In this document: positions 29,570 through 39,460 of the stretch, piece by piece
Numbering within the stretch: the stretch's first letter is position 1
Layout: each line of letters starts with the position of its first letter
Origin: an uncultured Candidatus Saccharibacteria bacterium
GTDB lineage: Bacteria > Patescibacteriota > Minisyncoccia > Phycocordibacterales > JAKFXT01
DNA length: 64,000 nucleotides
NCBI GenBank assembly: GCA_964385825.1
Contig: CAYLPX010000001.1
Location: 8,124 to 72,123, forward strand
Direction: 5' to 3'
Program-made: the position numbers and the translations under genes
Notes under the pieces: model-generated
What the model was told of the DNA's origin: nothing
Seen by the model: the letters and a program-made list of their open reading frames with translations, nothing else
Database searches by the model: none

Positions 29570-30478
29570 ATGAATGCGCAAAAAGTATTCGGCTTTGAGG
29601 CCCTCATCCCATCTTTTCTGTTTTTCCTTGGTGGTTTAGCGCTCGGGGCACTTAACTACTACAAAGACGATGTAACCCTCTACATTACGCGTTTTTACCC
29701 AACTCTTCCGGAGTGGGCGATTCCTGGTGTATCACTTGCTCTACTCATTATTATTGTTTGTGCAGTATGGGTTCGTGAACGGGGGTTTGAGGTTTCTAAG
29801 TATGAGTTTGTGAACATTGTCACACATAAGTTTCGTACCCCGCTTACCTACATCACCTGGTCGGTTGAGAATCTGAAGAAAAACCAAACAGCAGAGGAGC
29901 GTTTACAATCTATCGGGCAAATAGAAAGCGCTGCGGCAAGGCTTACTGAAATGACCGATATTTTGATTGATATGGCGCGTATAGACGAGGGATACGCTTA
30001 TGTTTTTAAGGCGGAGAGTATGCGTGAGTTACTTGAGCATGTGATCGCGGCATATGGACCGCAGATTACGGAGCGGAAAATCAAGTTTACGATTGATGCG
30101 GCTCAAGGGTTACCACTTATTGCTGTTGATGTGAAGCGGATGGAGTTTGTGATTCGCATTTTGCTTGAAAATGCCATTACGTACACACCTGTTGGCGGCT
30201 CAATTGATGTGGGGATGTATTTGTATAAGGATAAGTATATTCGTTTTGCTATCCGCGACAGCGGTATTGGGATACGCCATAGTGATCTTTCCCATCTTTT
30301 TACAAAGTTCTTTCGCTCGCGTGAAGCAACGGGAGCTGATACTGAAGGTATGGGGCTTGGGCTTTATATTGCGCAAAATATTATCAAACGCCATGGAGGG
30401 CGTATCTTTGCTGAGTCAGAGGGTCTCACAAAGGGGTCTACTTTTACTTTTGACCTACCGGTAGCTCATAGAGGTTAG
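29570..30478 (+). CDS. sensor histidine kinase (2 TM, orphan)
   Basis: H-box HKFRTPLTYI, N/G boxes, GGRIFAESEGLTKGSTFTF. Confidence 0.8.
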   Translation: MNAQKVFGFEALIPSFLFFLGGLALGALNYYKDDVTLYITRFYPTLPEWAIPGVSLALLIIIVCAVWVRERGFEVSKYEFVNIVTHKFRTPLTYITWSVENLKKNQTAEERLQSIGQIESAAARLTEMTDILIDMARIDEGYAYVFKAESMRELLEHVIAAYGPQITERKIKFTIDAAQGLPLIAVDVKRMEFVIRILLENAITYTPVGGSIDVGMYLYKDKYIRFAIRDSGIGIRHSDLSHLFTKFFRSREATGADTEGMGLGLYIAQNIIKRHGGRIFAESEGLTKGSTFTFDLPVAHRG

Positions 30479-30480
30479 CA

Positions 30481-31146
30481 TTAATCGTACTCTTTCAGCA
30501 CATTGGCTTTAAGTTCAATAGGGTCTACTCTGCGTAGATTTTTTTTATGTTTTGGTAGTACGGGGGAGTGGGGTAGTGAGTCCAAATATTCTGAAAGCTC
30601 CCAGAGGTTTTCACGACTACTTACCCAATTTATTTTTTTAACTTTTCTTAGGTCGAGTGGTTGTGAGTATTCCCGCAGGGTCTTCTTTCCTGTGGGGAGA
30701 AAATATTCATGCACATAACTCATCATTAGTTCTCTAATAGTTTTGTATACGGCATCGCGGAAGCGGAGTACAGATCGGTTAGATTTGCTTATAACCCCCC
30801 AGTACCCCCTCTCTTTAAAGAGGGTGACCACATGATCATCGTCTTCATTGTTGGCGCGCATATCAAGAATAAGAGGAGGCTCTCCATGAAGATAGAGTGC
30901 GAGCGCTGCAATAAGTGCTCCTTCAATACAGTGAAAGTTCTTTTTATTCAACGACTCACGGACTGAACGAAGTGTCTCCTCTTCCTTTTCTAAGTTGTTA
31001 GGCAGTGAGTTTAAGAAGTCTTGGATTTTTTCGGGAGAGTTTAGTTTCTTAAAAAGCTTTGTTTCAAGCGTAGTTAGCCCGAGTTTGTGTGCGAGCTTAG
31101 TATCAAAGCGTCGGTAGGTTTTATGTACTTTTTTGGAAGCGGACAT
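30481..31146 (-). CDS. hypothetical protein with Cys...His...Asp arrangement (possible papain/transglutaminase-fold enzyme)
   Basis: FHCIEGALIAALAL ... DDDHVVTLF ... YWGVIS; 3-nt gap to upstream surface-protein gene. Confidence 0.35.
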   Translation of the reverse strand: MSASKKVHKTYRRFDTKLAHKLGLTTLETKLFKKLNSPEKIQDFLNSLPNNLEKEEETLRSVRESLNKKNFHCIEGALIAALALYLHGEPPLILDMRANNEDDDHVVTLFKERGYWGVISKSNRSVLRFRDAVYKTIRELMMSYVHEYFLPTGKKTLREYSQPLDLRKVKKINWVSSRENLWELSEYLDSLPHSPVLPKHKKNLRRVDPIELKANVLKEYD

Positions 31147-31148
31147 AC

Positions 31149-32576
31149 TTACTGCGCAAGAAGTTCATTAAGCTTTGCACGAGTCTTGGGTCCTACTTGG
31201 CCGTAACCCACCACTCCTTTCTTAGCTAATTCATATTTTATCTGGAAGCGACCTACAGCCTTTTCTGCTGCTGGTCCGAACATTCCGTTGACTACACCTT
31301 CAGGGTAGAGGGCTTTGTCGGTTTTAAGATATGTTTGGAGGATTTTTACTTCGTTATTCTGTGAACCACGAAGAAGTTGTTTGGTAAGAAGCGTAACAGC
31401 TTTTTTAGGAGCTGCGCTTTGAACTGTTGCTTTACTGGATGTTGCTTGGGGAGTATTTATTACTTGGGTTGTGGAGGTAGGGTACACGAGCAGGTTTAAG
31501 ATTTTGCTGTGCGTAGCATCATAAGAATTATCAACGAGTTTGGGTAAGGCTGTAATGCTAATCGGGATTGGGGTAGTTACCGAGGAATAAAAAAGAAGAT
31601 TCACTGAACCATTTGTTGAAAGGGCGGGATCAAATGCAGTGGTGGAGCAGGGAAGTGGAGAAGTGCTACTGCCAGTTACGGCGCCCGCTACAATCGCATC
31701 ATCGCAGGATATTTTGAGGTTAAGACCAGTTGCTTCTCTGGTGTTCCATGAAAGTGTTACGGGTTTACCAGACTGGGGTGTTAATGAGCTTGATGTAAAA
31801 CTACTCACACCTGGAGTTAGTTTAAGTGGCGGGTTGATAGTAAGGTTCAGCGTTTGGCTGTGTATACCATCAAAAATCTGCTCACCGGGCGCAGGAAGAA
31901 GTACTACTGGAATGGTAATGGGGTCAGTTGTCTTATTCCAAAAAGATATAGAAACTGAACCTGGACTATTTAGGTTGGTAGCAAAAATCGGAGTGTTGCA
32001 GGGGAGCGGTAATATACCACTTTCGTAACTACTAGAGGTTGCGATGAGATTTTCTTGGCAGCCGATTTTAATATTAGCCGCAGTTAAACTAGCTATACTA
32101 GTCCAAGAAAGTGTTACGGGAACAAAGGAATACTCGCTGCTGGTGGCACTGCTCGTAAAAGAATTGATGGGGTAGGGGGCAGATAGAACAGTTATAGAGC
32201 GGGTTTGTCGTAGATCCGTTGCTACAGTGTTGCTCTCGTCTATCGGGGTAATGGCGAATGTAACTGTCTGGGTTGACCCATATACGTTGTCTATAAGTAG
32301 ATCAAGTGAATCTGAAGCTCCGCTTGTTCCGGTTATGGTGTTGCCGCAGGGAATGGCTCCACCATCAAGTTTACGGATGGTAATACCCACGCCACAGGTG
32401 GGGGAGAGTGTATAGCTACTCGCGTTACTAATATTCCAAGTGAGGCTTACTGGTTGGCCGCTGTTTGCTGTTGAAAGGGAGGCAGTAAAAGTGTTAATGA
32501 TGGGACTATCAGCAAAGGCCGTTTTTGCCATAAAAAGGAGGACATATATGAATAGTACGCCAGTTCTTTTTTTCAT
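31149..32576 (-). CDS. secreted Ser/Thr-rich surface protein with Ig-like repeats and C-terminal peptidoglycan-binding domain
   Basis: Signal peptide; internal repeats (...SLTWN.S.ASSYTLSPTCG / ...TLSWNTREATGLNLKISCDD); C-terminal PG_binding_1-like KILQTYLKTDKALYPEGVVNGMFGPAAEKAVGRFQ. Confidence 0.65.
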   Translation of the reverse strand: MKKRTGVLFIYVLLFMAKTAFADSPIINTFTASLSTANSGQPVSLTWNISNASSYTLSPTCGVGITIRKLDGGAIPCGNTITGTSGASDSLDLLIDNVYGSTQTVTFAITPIDESNTVATDLRQTRSITVLSAPYPINSFTSSATSSEYSFVPVTLSWTSIASLTAANIKIGCQENLIATSSSYESGILPLPCNTPIFATNLNSPGSVSISFWNKTTDPITIPVVLLPAPGEQIFDGIHSQTLNLTINPPLKLTPGVSSFTSSSLTPQSGKPVTLSWNTREATGLNLKISCDDAIVAGAVTGSSTSPLPCSTTAFDPALSTNGSVNLLFYSSVTTPIPISITALPKLVDNSYDATHSKILNLLVYPTSTTQVINTPQATSSKATVQSAAPKKAVTLLTKQLLRGSQNNEVKILQTYLKTDKALYPEGVVNGMFGPAAEKAVGRFQIKYELAKKGVVGYGQVGPKTRAKLNELLAQ

Positions 32577-32665
32577 AGTCTTGTAGGTGTGCTAATGACT
32601 TGTTACAATAGGTCGCGAGCTTGCAGGTTGCATAGCTCTTTTTAATTGTAACATTTGAGCTCATT

Positions 32666-33166
32666 ATGCCGCAGAGTAAAACTAACAAGAAGGTGGGAAA
32701 GTCTAAAGAGGGCCAAAAAAAGACTAAAAAAACCAAAAAAAATAAGATTAAGGTTGATTTTAATAATTTGATGCCAGCGGGGGTAAAGATTATTCGCTCG
32801 TATGCAGGTCTTGGCTTAGCCGCTAAAGAGCCAATAAAGCGGGGGGATTTTGTTATTGAGTATGTGGGTAAGATACTAACGACTAAGGAAGCGGAGAATC
32901 ATCTAGGGAAGTATCTTTTTGAGGTAAATAGTAAATGGACTATTGACGGGGCAACACGCACTAACACAGCGCGCTATATTAATCACTCTTGTAAACCAAA
33001 CTGTGAGGTTGAGATAAAGAAAGAGCGGGTACTTATTTTTGCTAAGCGTGATATAGCAGTGGGGGAGGAGTTGTCGTACGACTACGGAAAGGAGTATGTG
33101 GATGAGTTCATCAAACCGTATGGTTGTAGGTGTGGAAAGTGTAAGCCAGCAAAAGTTAAGAAGTAA
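32666..33166 (+). CDS. SET-domain protein-lysine methyltransferase with N-terminal poly-basic tail
   Basis: SET signature NHSCKPN, EELSYDYG, post-SET Cys CRCGKCK; N-terminus KKVGKSKEGQKKTKKTKKNKIK. Confidence 0.8.
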   Translation: MPQSKTNKKVGKSKEGQKKTKKTKKNKIKVDFNNLMPAGVKIIRSYAGLGLAAKEPIKRGDFVIEYVGKILTTKEAENHLGKYLFEVNSKWTIDGATRTNTARYINHSCKPNCEVEIKKERVLIFAKRDIAVGEELSYDYGKEYVDEFIKPYGCRCGKCKPAKVKK

Positions 33167-33215
33167 AATATTTTCCGTAGTTTTGTAAGCCTGTTATTAC
33201 TGGTACTATAATCAA

Positions 33216-33497
33216 ATGGAAAACTACATTTATATAGGTAATCTGCCTTTTAAAACAACAGAAGAAGAACTTCGTCAAAAATTCGCTACGATGGGCGAAG
33301 TTCTAGATATACGGATGGCTCTCGATGACGGACATTTTATGGGGTTTGGCTTCGTGAAAATGGGTAGCAGTGAGGAGGTTAAAAGCGCTATTGCTACATT
33401 CCACAATACTGATTTTGGGGGAAGAAATGCACATCTTTACTTCGGTAAAGACTTCATCTCCATGTGGGATAAATATATTGAGAAAAAAGGGGATTAG
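33216..33497 (+). CDS. RRM-domain RNA-binding protein (second copy)
   Basis: RNP-2 IYIGNL, RNP-1 MGFGFVKM. Confidence 0.8.
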   Translation: MENYIYIGNLPFKTTEEELRQKFATMGEVLDIRMALDDGHFMGFGFVKMGSSEEVKSAIATFHNTDFGGRNAHLYFGKDFISMWDKYIEKKGD

Positions 33498-33568
33498 TGT
33501 ATTTGACTTTTACAAAAAAATAGTTATAATAAAAAACAGTAAAATCCCTCAACTACAAGGAGATTAAG

Positions 33569-33874
33569 ATGTCTTCAACCGCACGGCGCCAATTTTGGCG
33601 TGATATTGTTGCACACCCCTACTCATGGATTGTGGTCATGATCGTGATAGCAGGTGCGTACATGATCGTAAGTTTTCCGGGGTTTGCGGCGTCATATCGG
33701 GCTCATCAGAAAAACTCGGCGCAGTTAGCTGAAGAAGCAGTTAAGGGATTTCAGTACCTCCGCGGTGGGAGTACGGGCCTATGTTTTGCCGTAAATCCCT
33801 ATCGAGATATGGCAGTTGGGATTTCGTGCGAGACAGTGCCTCCGGCGATGCTCATTCAGGTTCCAGGGAAATAG
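33569..33874 (+). CDS. small hypothetical membrane protein (GC-rich, SD-bearing)
   Basis: about 52% GC vs about 42% flanks; AAGGAG 7 nt upstream of ATG; one TM helix. Confidence 0.45.
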   Translation: MSSTARRQFWRDIVAHPYSWIVVMIVIAGAYMIVSFPGFAASYRAHQKNSAQLAEEAVKGFQYLRGGSTGLCFAVNPYRDMAVGISCETVPPAMLIQVPGK

Positions 33875-33928
33875 GGTTGTGAGTGCAGGACGTCCTCGAG
33901 CTTCCTCGGCTTTTCGGCCGCGGTTTTT

Positions 33929-35794
33929 TTATACCAATGCTCTTAGGGCGTTGAAGATAACTACCACATCTATTATTTCTTGAAGTATTGCTCCGTAGAG
34001 TGGTGGTACTCCTCCCATGATAGCTAAAAACATGAGAGCAACGCTTAGTCCGATACCTATCAGCATGGATTCTTTCGCAATACGGACTGTTTTGTGACTT
34101 ATAGTGAGTAGTCGTGGAAGTTTGTACAGATCATCACTACTTATAACAGCATCAGCTGCATCAGTTAAGGCTGTTTCCCCATGAGTCCCAAGAGCGATAC
34201 CAACGCTGGCTGATTTGAGTGCAGGACTATCATTAATCCCATCTCCCACCATTACTGTTGTTTTGTTTTCTGTTGTTGCTTCACTAACTACAGTAACTTT
34301 ATTTTCAGGAAGGCAGTTAGCGTGGATTTCGCTAAAGGGTAGTCCCTTGGCTACTTCATGGGCTCTAATCTCACTATCTCCGGTTAAAAGCATAAGGGTA
34401 CTGTTTGGATTTGTTTTCTGTATACTTCGGAGAACAGGACCACTATTTTCACGGAGTTTGTCGGAGAAACTAATCGATCCAAGGAAAGTAGTTCCTTCTG
34501 CTAGATGAATGAGAGTGTTTCCGGAATTACGAATAGTTTCTTCGAGTGCTTCGCTGTGGGCTGGAATTTGTACACCAGCTTCCTTTATAAACTGCAGTGA
34601 TCCTAGGGTATAGGTTTTGTCATTAAGTTGCCCGACGATACCTTTACCGACAGTCTCTTTCATATGTAGGATGGGAATAAGTTGGATATGTTCTTTTTGT
34701 ACTTCACGCATAAGACCACCTGAGAGAATGTGAGTGCCATATTGTGAAAGCGAAGCTGCAAGGGTAATAATGTCTCTTTTTAGTAATCCCTTTTTTTCTA
34801 CGAACACAGTTTCTAGGGTGGGAGCTCCCTCGGTAATAGTTCCTGTCTTATCAAAGAAAAAGGTATCAACATCAGTAAGTACTTCAAATACGCCACCATG
34901 TTTTACAATTATGCCTTCTTTTGCACTGCGACTCATTCCTGCGATAAAGGCTATGGGAGCTGCAAGTAGTAGGGGACAAGGAGTTGCCACCACAAGAACT
35001 GCTGCAACAAGGCGTGGGTCGATACTGTACGCAACAGCGGCCATAGCAAGGGTAAAGATGGTGAATCCTACGCTATAACGATCGGCTAAGCGAACAAGTG
35101 GAGCTTTATTTTTCTCTGCCTCAGTTACTAGCTGCAGAAGTTTAGCAAAGCTGCTGTGGGCGTAGTCACTTTGAGCTCGTATCAAGCATACCGCGCTTAG
35201 ATTTAAGGTTCCCCCGCGTATTCTGTCGTGTACAGTAACTTCTCGTGGGACTGGTTCACCGGTTAGTGTTGATTCGTCAAGCGTTGTTGTTCCGGAAATA
35301 ACAACGCCATCAACAGGGACAACCTCGTGTGGCTTTATAAGGAGGATAGTCCCTTCACGAATCTCATGTATTGGTATATCGCAAACTTCCTTGCCCTCCT
35401 CTTTGTGAGCTATGGTTGGTGCAGTATCAAGAAGTTTTTTTAAAGCACTTTTGGCACGTCCTTCGGCATAATCTTCAAGATACGCACCACCTGAAACCAT
35501 GAGAAGGATAATGAGGGCGGCGAGCCATTCACCAAGTAGTGCAGTCGAAATAAGCGCAAGGAGAGCAATTATATCTACCGCAAAGTGTTTCAGAAGTATA
35601 TTTTTTACAATGCGCAGAAAAAGTGGGAGGCTCCCCAAGATAATAACCATGAGCACAAAGGTTCGTACCAGTGCCAAATCACCCACGAATACCTTTTGAG
35701 TGAGGGTTAGTCCATAGACAAGTATGGTACAGAGTGTGAGTATGGCAACTCCACTATCCAGAGTTTTTTTGTTTAAAAAATGAGACTCAGTCAT
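33929..35794 (-). CDS. P-type ATPase, P1B-like heavy-metal/cation transporter (TPCP motif)
   Basis: DKTGTIT phosphorylation motif, TGDSEIRAHEVAKGL, VGDGINDSPAL; TM6 motif VATPCPLLLAAP; no obvious N-terminal HMA domain. Confidence 0.85.
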   Translation of the reverse strand: MTESHFLNKKTLDSGVAILTLCTILVYGLTLTQKVFVGDLALVRTFVLMVIILGSLPLFLRIVKNILLKHFAVDIIALLALISTALLGEWLAALIILLMVSGGAYLEDYAEGRAKSALKKLLDTAPTIAHKEEGKEVCDIPIHEIREGTILLIKPHEVVPVDGVVISGTTTLDESTLTGEPVPREVTVHDRIRGGTLNLSAVCLIRAQSDYAHSSFAKLLQLVTEAEKNKAPLVRLADRYSVGFTIFTLAMAAVAYSIDPRLVAAVLVVATPCPLLLAAPIAFIAGMSRSAKEGIIVKHGGVFEVLTDVDTFFFDKTGTITEGAPTLETVFVEKKGLLKRDIITLAASLSQYGTHILSGGLMREVQKEHIQLIPILHMKETVGKGIVGQLNDKTYTLGSLQFIKEAGVQIPAHSEALEETIRNSGNTLIHLAEGTTFLGSISFSDKLRENSGPVLRSIQKTNPNSTLMLLTGDSEIRAHEVAKGLPFSEIHANCLPENKVTVVSEATTENKTTVMVGDGINDSPALKSASVGIALGTHGETALTDAADAVISSDDLYKLPRLLTISHKTVRIAKESMLIGIGLSVALMFLAIMGGVPPLYGAILQEIIDVVVIFNALRALV

Positions 35795-35822
35795 TCAGGT
35801 ATTGGTGCTTCTAAGTTATAGA

Positions 35823-37475
35823 TTAGGAGATATCTACGTGTTCTTTGGCAAAGGCAAGTGAACCAAATACCTTTTTGCCCGGGTTGAAAATATTGAGCGG
35901 ATCAAAGATGTTTTTAACTTCTTCAAATAGTTTGTAGATGGTGGGGCCGAACATTTCTTCAAGGTACGGAGTTCGCATAAGTCCATCATTATGTTCGGCA
36001 GTGATTGAGCCCTTGTATTTAAAGACAAGGTGATAGACCTTCTCGGTAATTTCGTAGATAGTAGCGCGAGCTGATTCTTTGGAAAGATCCATAAGTGGAA
36101 TGATATGAAAGTTAGCATCCCCCATATGACCTGCAATAGTATAGGTAAGGTTGTAGCTATCAAGTAGAGAATAGAGTTCAGGAATAAATTGTGGTAGGTC
36201 AATAGGTTTTACGATGAGGTCATCTATAAAACAGGCGGTGCGCATGTTTTTTACGCGTTGACGAAGAAGGTTGAAGCTTTCACGACGTACTACCCAGTAC
36301 TTCTCAGCCTCAGCTTCAGTTGAAGTAATAAGAGTTTTGATATTGAAGGAAAGAACACTTTTCTGTGCTTCCAGTGCTTTTTTATACGCTTCTTCATCCG
36401 AATCTCCTGTGAACTCAGCTAGCATAACAAGCTTCGGTATGCCTCCGGTTACAATGGCCCAGAATTCTGGCAGGAACTGGAAACCAAGCGAAATCATACT
36501 GCCACCCAATCGCTTTACGATCTGGGGGAACATTTTGAGCGCAATTTTGAAGGTGTGATCATCATATGATTCAAAACTTTCTGGTTTGAACTCGAGGACG
36601 TGGTTTATGAGGCTAGGGAGTATATCTGTTTTCTTGAGAAAGAGAACAAGGAGGCGAGAGTGAGTTTTAGGTTTAACTAAGTGGAAAGTAGCAGAGGTAT
36701 GAAGGCCGAGTGTTCCTTGAGAGCCAACAAAAAGACGGGTGAGGTCAAAGGTCCCTTTTTCCTTATTGAGTATATTCCAAAGCATGTAACCAGCTGAATT
36801 CTTACTAACCCTTGGTTTAGCTGCTTGCAGTGCATCATAATTTTTCTCAATGAGTTCATGGGTTCTTCTGTAAATTTCCCCCTCGAAGTCTTGCTGCTGC
36901 TCTTTTGCTCTAAGTTCTTCCATTGTGAGGGCTTTAAAGGTATGGAGTTTTCCATCTGAAAGTACTACATCAAGTGCTTCTACGTAGTCTTCAGTTTTTC
37001 CATAGGTAAGGGTTTTTTCACCTCCAGAGTTGTTGGCAACTATTCCACCAATCGCACAAAGCTCACGTGAAGCTGGATAGCTTGGAAGGAGTAAATCTTT
37101 CTTTAGGGTTTCCTTTTCAAAATCACGATAGAGCATTCCCGGCTCGGCCGTAGCACTAGAGCCGATAATATTGCCCATGTGGTTCATGTATTTGGTAAAG
37201 ACTATAACAAGCGAAGTGGTAAGTGGTCCTCCGGTCATGTCAGTTCCAGCAGAGCGGCCAGTAATACTGATATCAAACCCTTCACTTTTTTTCTTGGCCA
37301 CAAACTCAACTACTTTCTCTACGTCGTGTGCAGATTTTGGGAATATAACTGCAGATGGGGGAACCTTAAAAAGGCTCGTATCGTGACTATAGGTGGTAAG
37401 ATCAACCTCGCTTATAGAAACATCTCCTTCTAGGAGCCCTTGTAGCTCGGTAAGTAGTTCTTTTGATAGTGTCAT
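35823..37475 (-). CDS. FAD-linked oxidase (GlcD/D-lactate dehydrogenase-like, PCMH FAD-binding domain)
   Basis: FAD_binding_4-like ITGRSAGTDMTGGPL...AIGGIVANNSGG; start chosen at ATG 37475. Confidence 0.75.
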   Translation of the reverse strand: MTLSKELLTELQGLLEGDVSISEVDLTTYSHDTSLFKVPPSAVIFPKSAHDVEKVVEFVAKKKSEGFDISITGRSAGTDMTGGPLTTSLVIVFTKYMNHMGNIIGSSATAEPGMLYRDFEKETLKKDLLLPSYPASRELCAIGGIVANNSGGEKTLTYGKTEDYVEALDVVLSDGKLHTFKALTMEELRAKEQQQDFEGEIYRRTHELIEKNYDALQAAKPRVSKNSAGYMLWNILNKEKGTFDLTRLFVGSQGTLGLHTSATFHLVKPKTHSRLLVLFLKKTDILPSLINHVLEFKPESFESYDDHTFKIALKMFPQIVKRLGGSMISLGFQFLPEFWAIVTGGIPKLVMLAEFTGDSDEEAYKKALEAQKSVLSFNIKTLITSTEAEAEKYWVVRRESFNLLRQRVKNMRTACFIDDLIVKPIDLPQFIPELYSLLDSYNLTYTIAGHMGDANFHIIPLMDLSKESARATIYEITEKVYHLVFKYKGSITAEHNDGLMRTPYLEEMFGPTIYKLFEEVKNIFDPLNIFNPGKKVFGSLAFAKEHVDIS

Positions 37476-37564
37476 ATGCCCTCTAGTATAGCGCATCTAA
37501 GGCAAGCTTTTGTGGGGACAATACAGGGGAAGTATGGGTATTCTTGCAGTATACTTAGGGTACT

Positions 37565-37966
37565 ATGGATATTCCTTTAGAACACGAAGGTGAGCTACGC
37601 AAGAAGCTTGGCGAGGAGGCTTATCATGTGCTGCGCGAGAAGGGGACAGAAATGCCTTTTAGTGGGGCATATGTCCACGAAACTCGGGAGGGGACATATA
37701 ACTGTAAGGTTTGTGGTAATCCGCTTTTTTCTTCTACAACCAAGTTTGACTCAGGTACTGGCTGGCCCAGTTTCGATGAGGCGCTTCAGGGTAGTATAAA
37801 AATGGTAGTTGATAGTAGTCACGGGATGGAACGTACAGAGGTAGTATGTGCTAAATGTGGCTCACACCTCGGTCACGTATTTGATGATGGACCAACTGAG
37901 ACAGGTAAGCGTTACTGTATGAATTCAGTTTGCCTTGATTTAGAGACAAAGGACGAAGACATGTAA
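37565..37966 (+). CDS. msrB: peptide-methionine (R)-S-oxide reductase
   Basis: CKVCGNPLF...GWPSF...CAKCGSHLGHVFDDGP...RYCMNS. Confidence 0.9.
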   Translation: MDIPLEHEGELRKKLGEEAYHVLREKGTEMPFSGAYVHETREGTYNCKVCGNPLFSSTTKFDSGTGWPSFDEALQGSIKMVVDSSHGMERTEVVCAKCGSHLGHVFDDGPTETGKRYCMNSVCLDLETKDEDM

Positions 37967-37976
37967 GTCTTTTTTG

Positions 37977-38882
37977 CTAATCAAAAAGTTTGACTAGGTA
38001 CGTATCAATATCTCGCTCCGGCATATCGTAGAAGTGCAGGTTTTGGGCATGTAGGTAGGTGGCAAGCGCAACCCCCACAAAACGCCAGTGCCACGGTTCA
38101 AAAATATAGTATTTATTATTTGGCGGATATGAAAGTATAAAACCATATTTGTAAGCATTTTCGGTGAGCCAGGGATAGGCGGGTGTTTTATCAAACCCGT
38201 CCAAAGTTGCTCCACCCTTGTTTGTGGTGAAATCAAAAGCAGAACCCAACTGATGCTCAGAATATCCTTGGTCTGCGGAGAAAGTGTTCGTAGTATTGGC
38301 ACCATAGATAACGGTGTATTTGTTTCGGATAGCTTTTTGGGTTTCAAATGAACGATAGCCAGAGAGCACAGAAAGATCGACGCCATCAGCTCTCGCAGCA
38401 TTAATAAGTGAATTAAGAAATGGTTTAACTTGAGTATGTACTTGAAGCGGGATATTTTTGCGGTAGAGATATTGTTCATCTATAAGTGAGAGAGTACTCG
38501 GTATATAGTTTTCATTTAGAAAATACACTTTTGAATACTTTTTGAGGAGCTCCGGGTCTGTAGTGGTTAGTTTAACGAGGGTTGCAACCTTTTGATCTTT
38601 TTCGACTAATTCATTTTGGAAGTCAGTGTTACGTGCCTTAAGAATGGTGAGAAGATCATTGAGACTTTGATTCTCAACGGTTGTACTCGCTAAGTGTCCC
38701 TGCAGCTCATTAATCACATTGCCAAGATCTTTGGTTGTTTCTTGATAACTCAGTTTAACTGCAGCAAGTTCCTTGCTCGTTTCATGGTAGCGATAATAGA
38801 GAAATGAGAAAGAGGCAAGTATGAGTATAGCAATACTGATTGAGGCAAAAGAGAGGCGTGAGGCTGATTGTGTTGGTTCCAT
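37977..38882 (-). CDS. membrane-anchored D-alanyl-D-alanine carboxypeptidase (VanY/M15B) with N-terminal coiled coil
   Basis: VanY core SGYRSFETQ...YSEHQLGSAFDFT; N-terminal TM. Confidence 0.75.
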   Translation of the reverse strand: MEPTQSASRLSFASISIAILILASFSFLYYRYHETSKELAAVKLSYQETTKDLGNVINELQGHLASTTVENQSLNDLLTILKARNTDFQNELVEKDQKVATLVKLTTTDPELLKKYSKVYFLNENYIPSTLSLIDEQYLYRKNIPLQVHTQVKPFLNSLINAARADGVDLSVLSGYRSFETQKAIRNKYTVIYGANTTNTFSADQGYSEHQLGSAFDFTTNKGGATLDGFDKTPAYPWLTENAYKYGFILSYPPNNKYYIFEPWHWRFVGVALATYLHAQNLHFYDMPERDIDTYLVKLFD

Positions 38883-38885
38883 AGT

Positions 38886-39440
38886 TTAATTATTAGTTGC
38901 TATGAGTCCGAGTCCGTAAATAACGAAAAAGTTCATCACAAATGAAATGAGGACTATATAAATTGGTCGTATTTTAAATATTCCCATGATGGTAAGGGCG
39001 ATTTCATCAGGTAGTGGGGAGATGATAACGAAAGCTCCAACCACCGCACCGAGCCAGCGCACAAATCCAAGGTGGGTGTAGGAGAGATATTTTTTGTACT
39101 CAGTTTTTTGCAATATGCGGTCGGTATTATCAACAACCGTTTTACGAATGAAAAGAAAAATAACAAGGTCACCAATCATTGATCCTAGGGAACCAAGGAC
39201 AGCAACTATTGCTATGGGATAGGAACGAGTCATGAGGGCTAATATGAGCGCGGCAGGACTGGCAGTAAAAACAGAGGTAAAGAAAAGGCCAACAAGAAAT
39301 ATGCCCCAGTATCCAAAGTTTTTTAGATAGGCAAGAAATTCTCCTACAACTCCAATTTTCAAAAGAAACAGCACAAAACCGATTCCAAAACTGACGATAA
39401 CTATTTCTTTAAAGACACTTTGTATGGTTGTTTTTTTCAC
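38886..39440 (-). CDS. DedA/SNARE-associated-like integral membrane protein
   Basis: 4-5 TM; ISPLPDE motif. Confidence 0.45.
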   Translation of the reverse strand: MKKTTIQSVFKEIVIVSFGIGFVLFLLKIGVVGEFLAYLKNFGYWGIFLVGLFFTSVFTASPAALILALMTRSYPIAIVAVLGSLGSMIGDLVIFLFIRKTVVDNTDRILQKTEYKKYLSYTHLGFVRWLGAVVGAFVIISPLPDEIALTIMGIFKIRPIYIVLISFVMNFFVIYGLGLIATNN

Positions 39441-39460
39441 GTGTATGCTAAGTATAGCAA

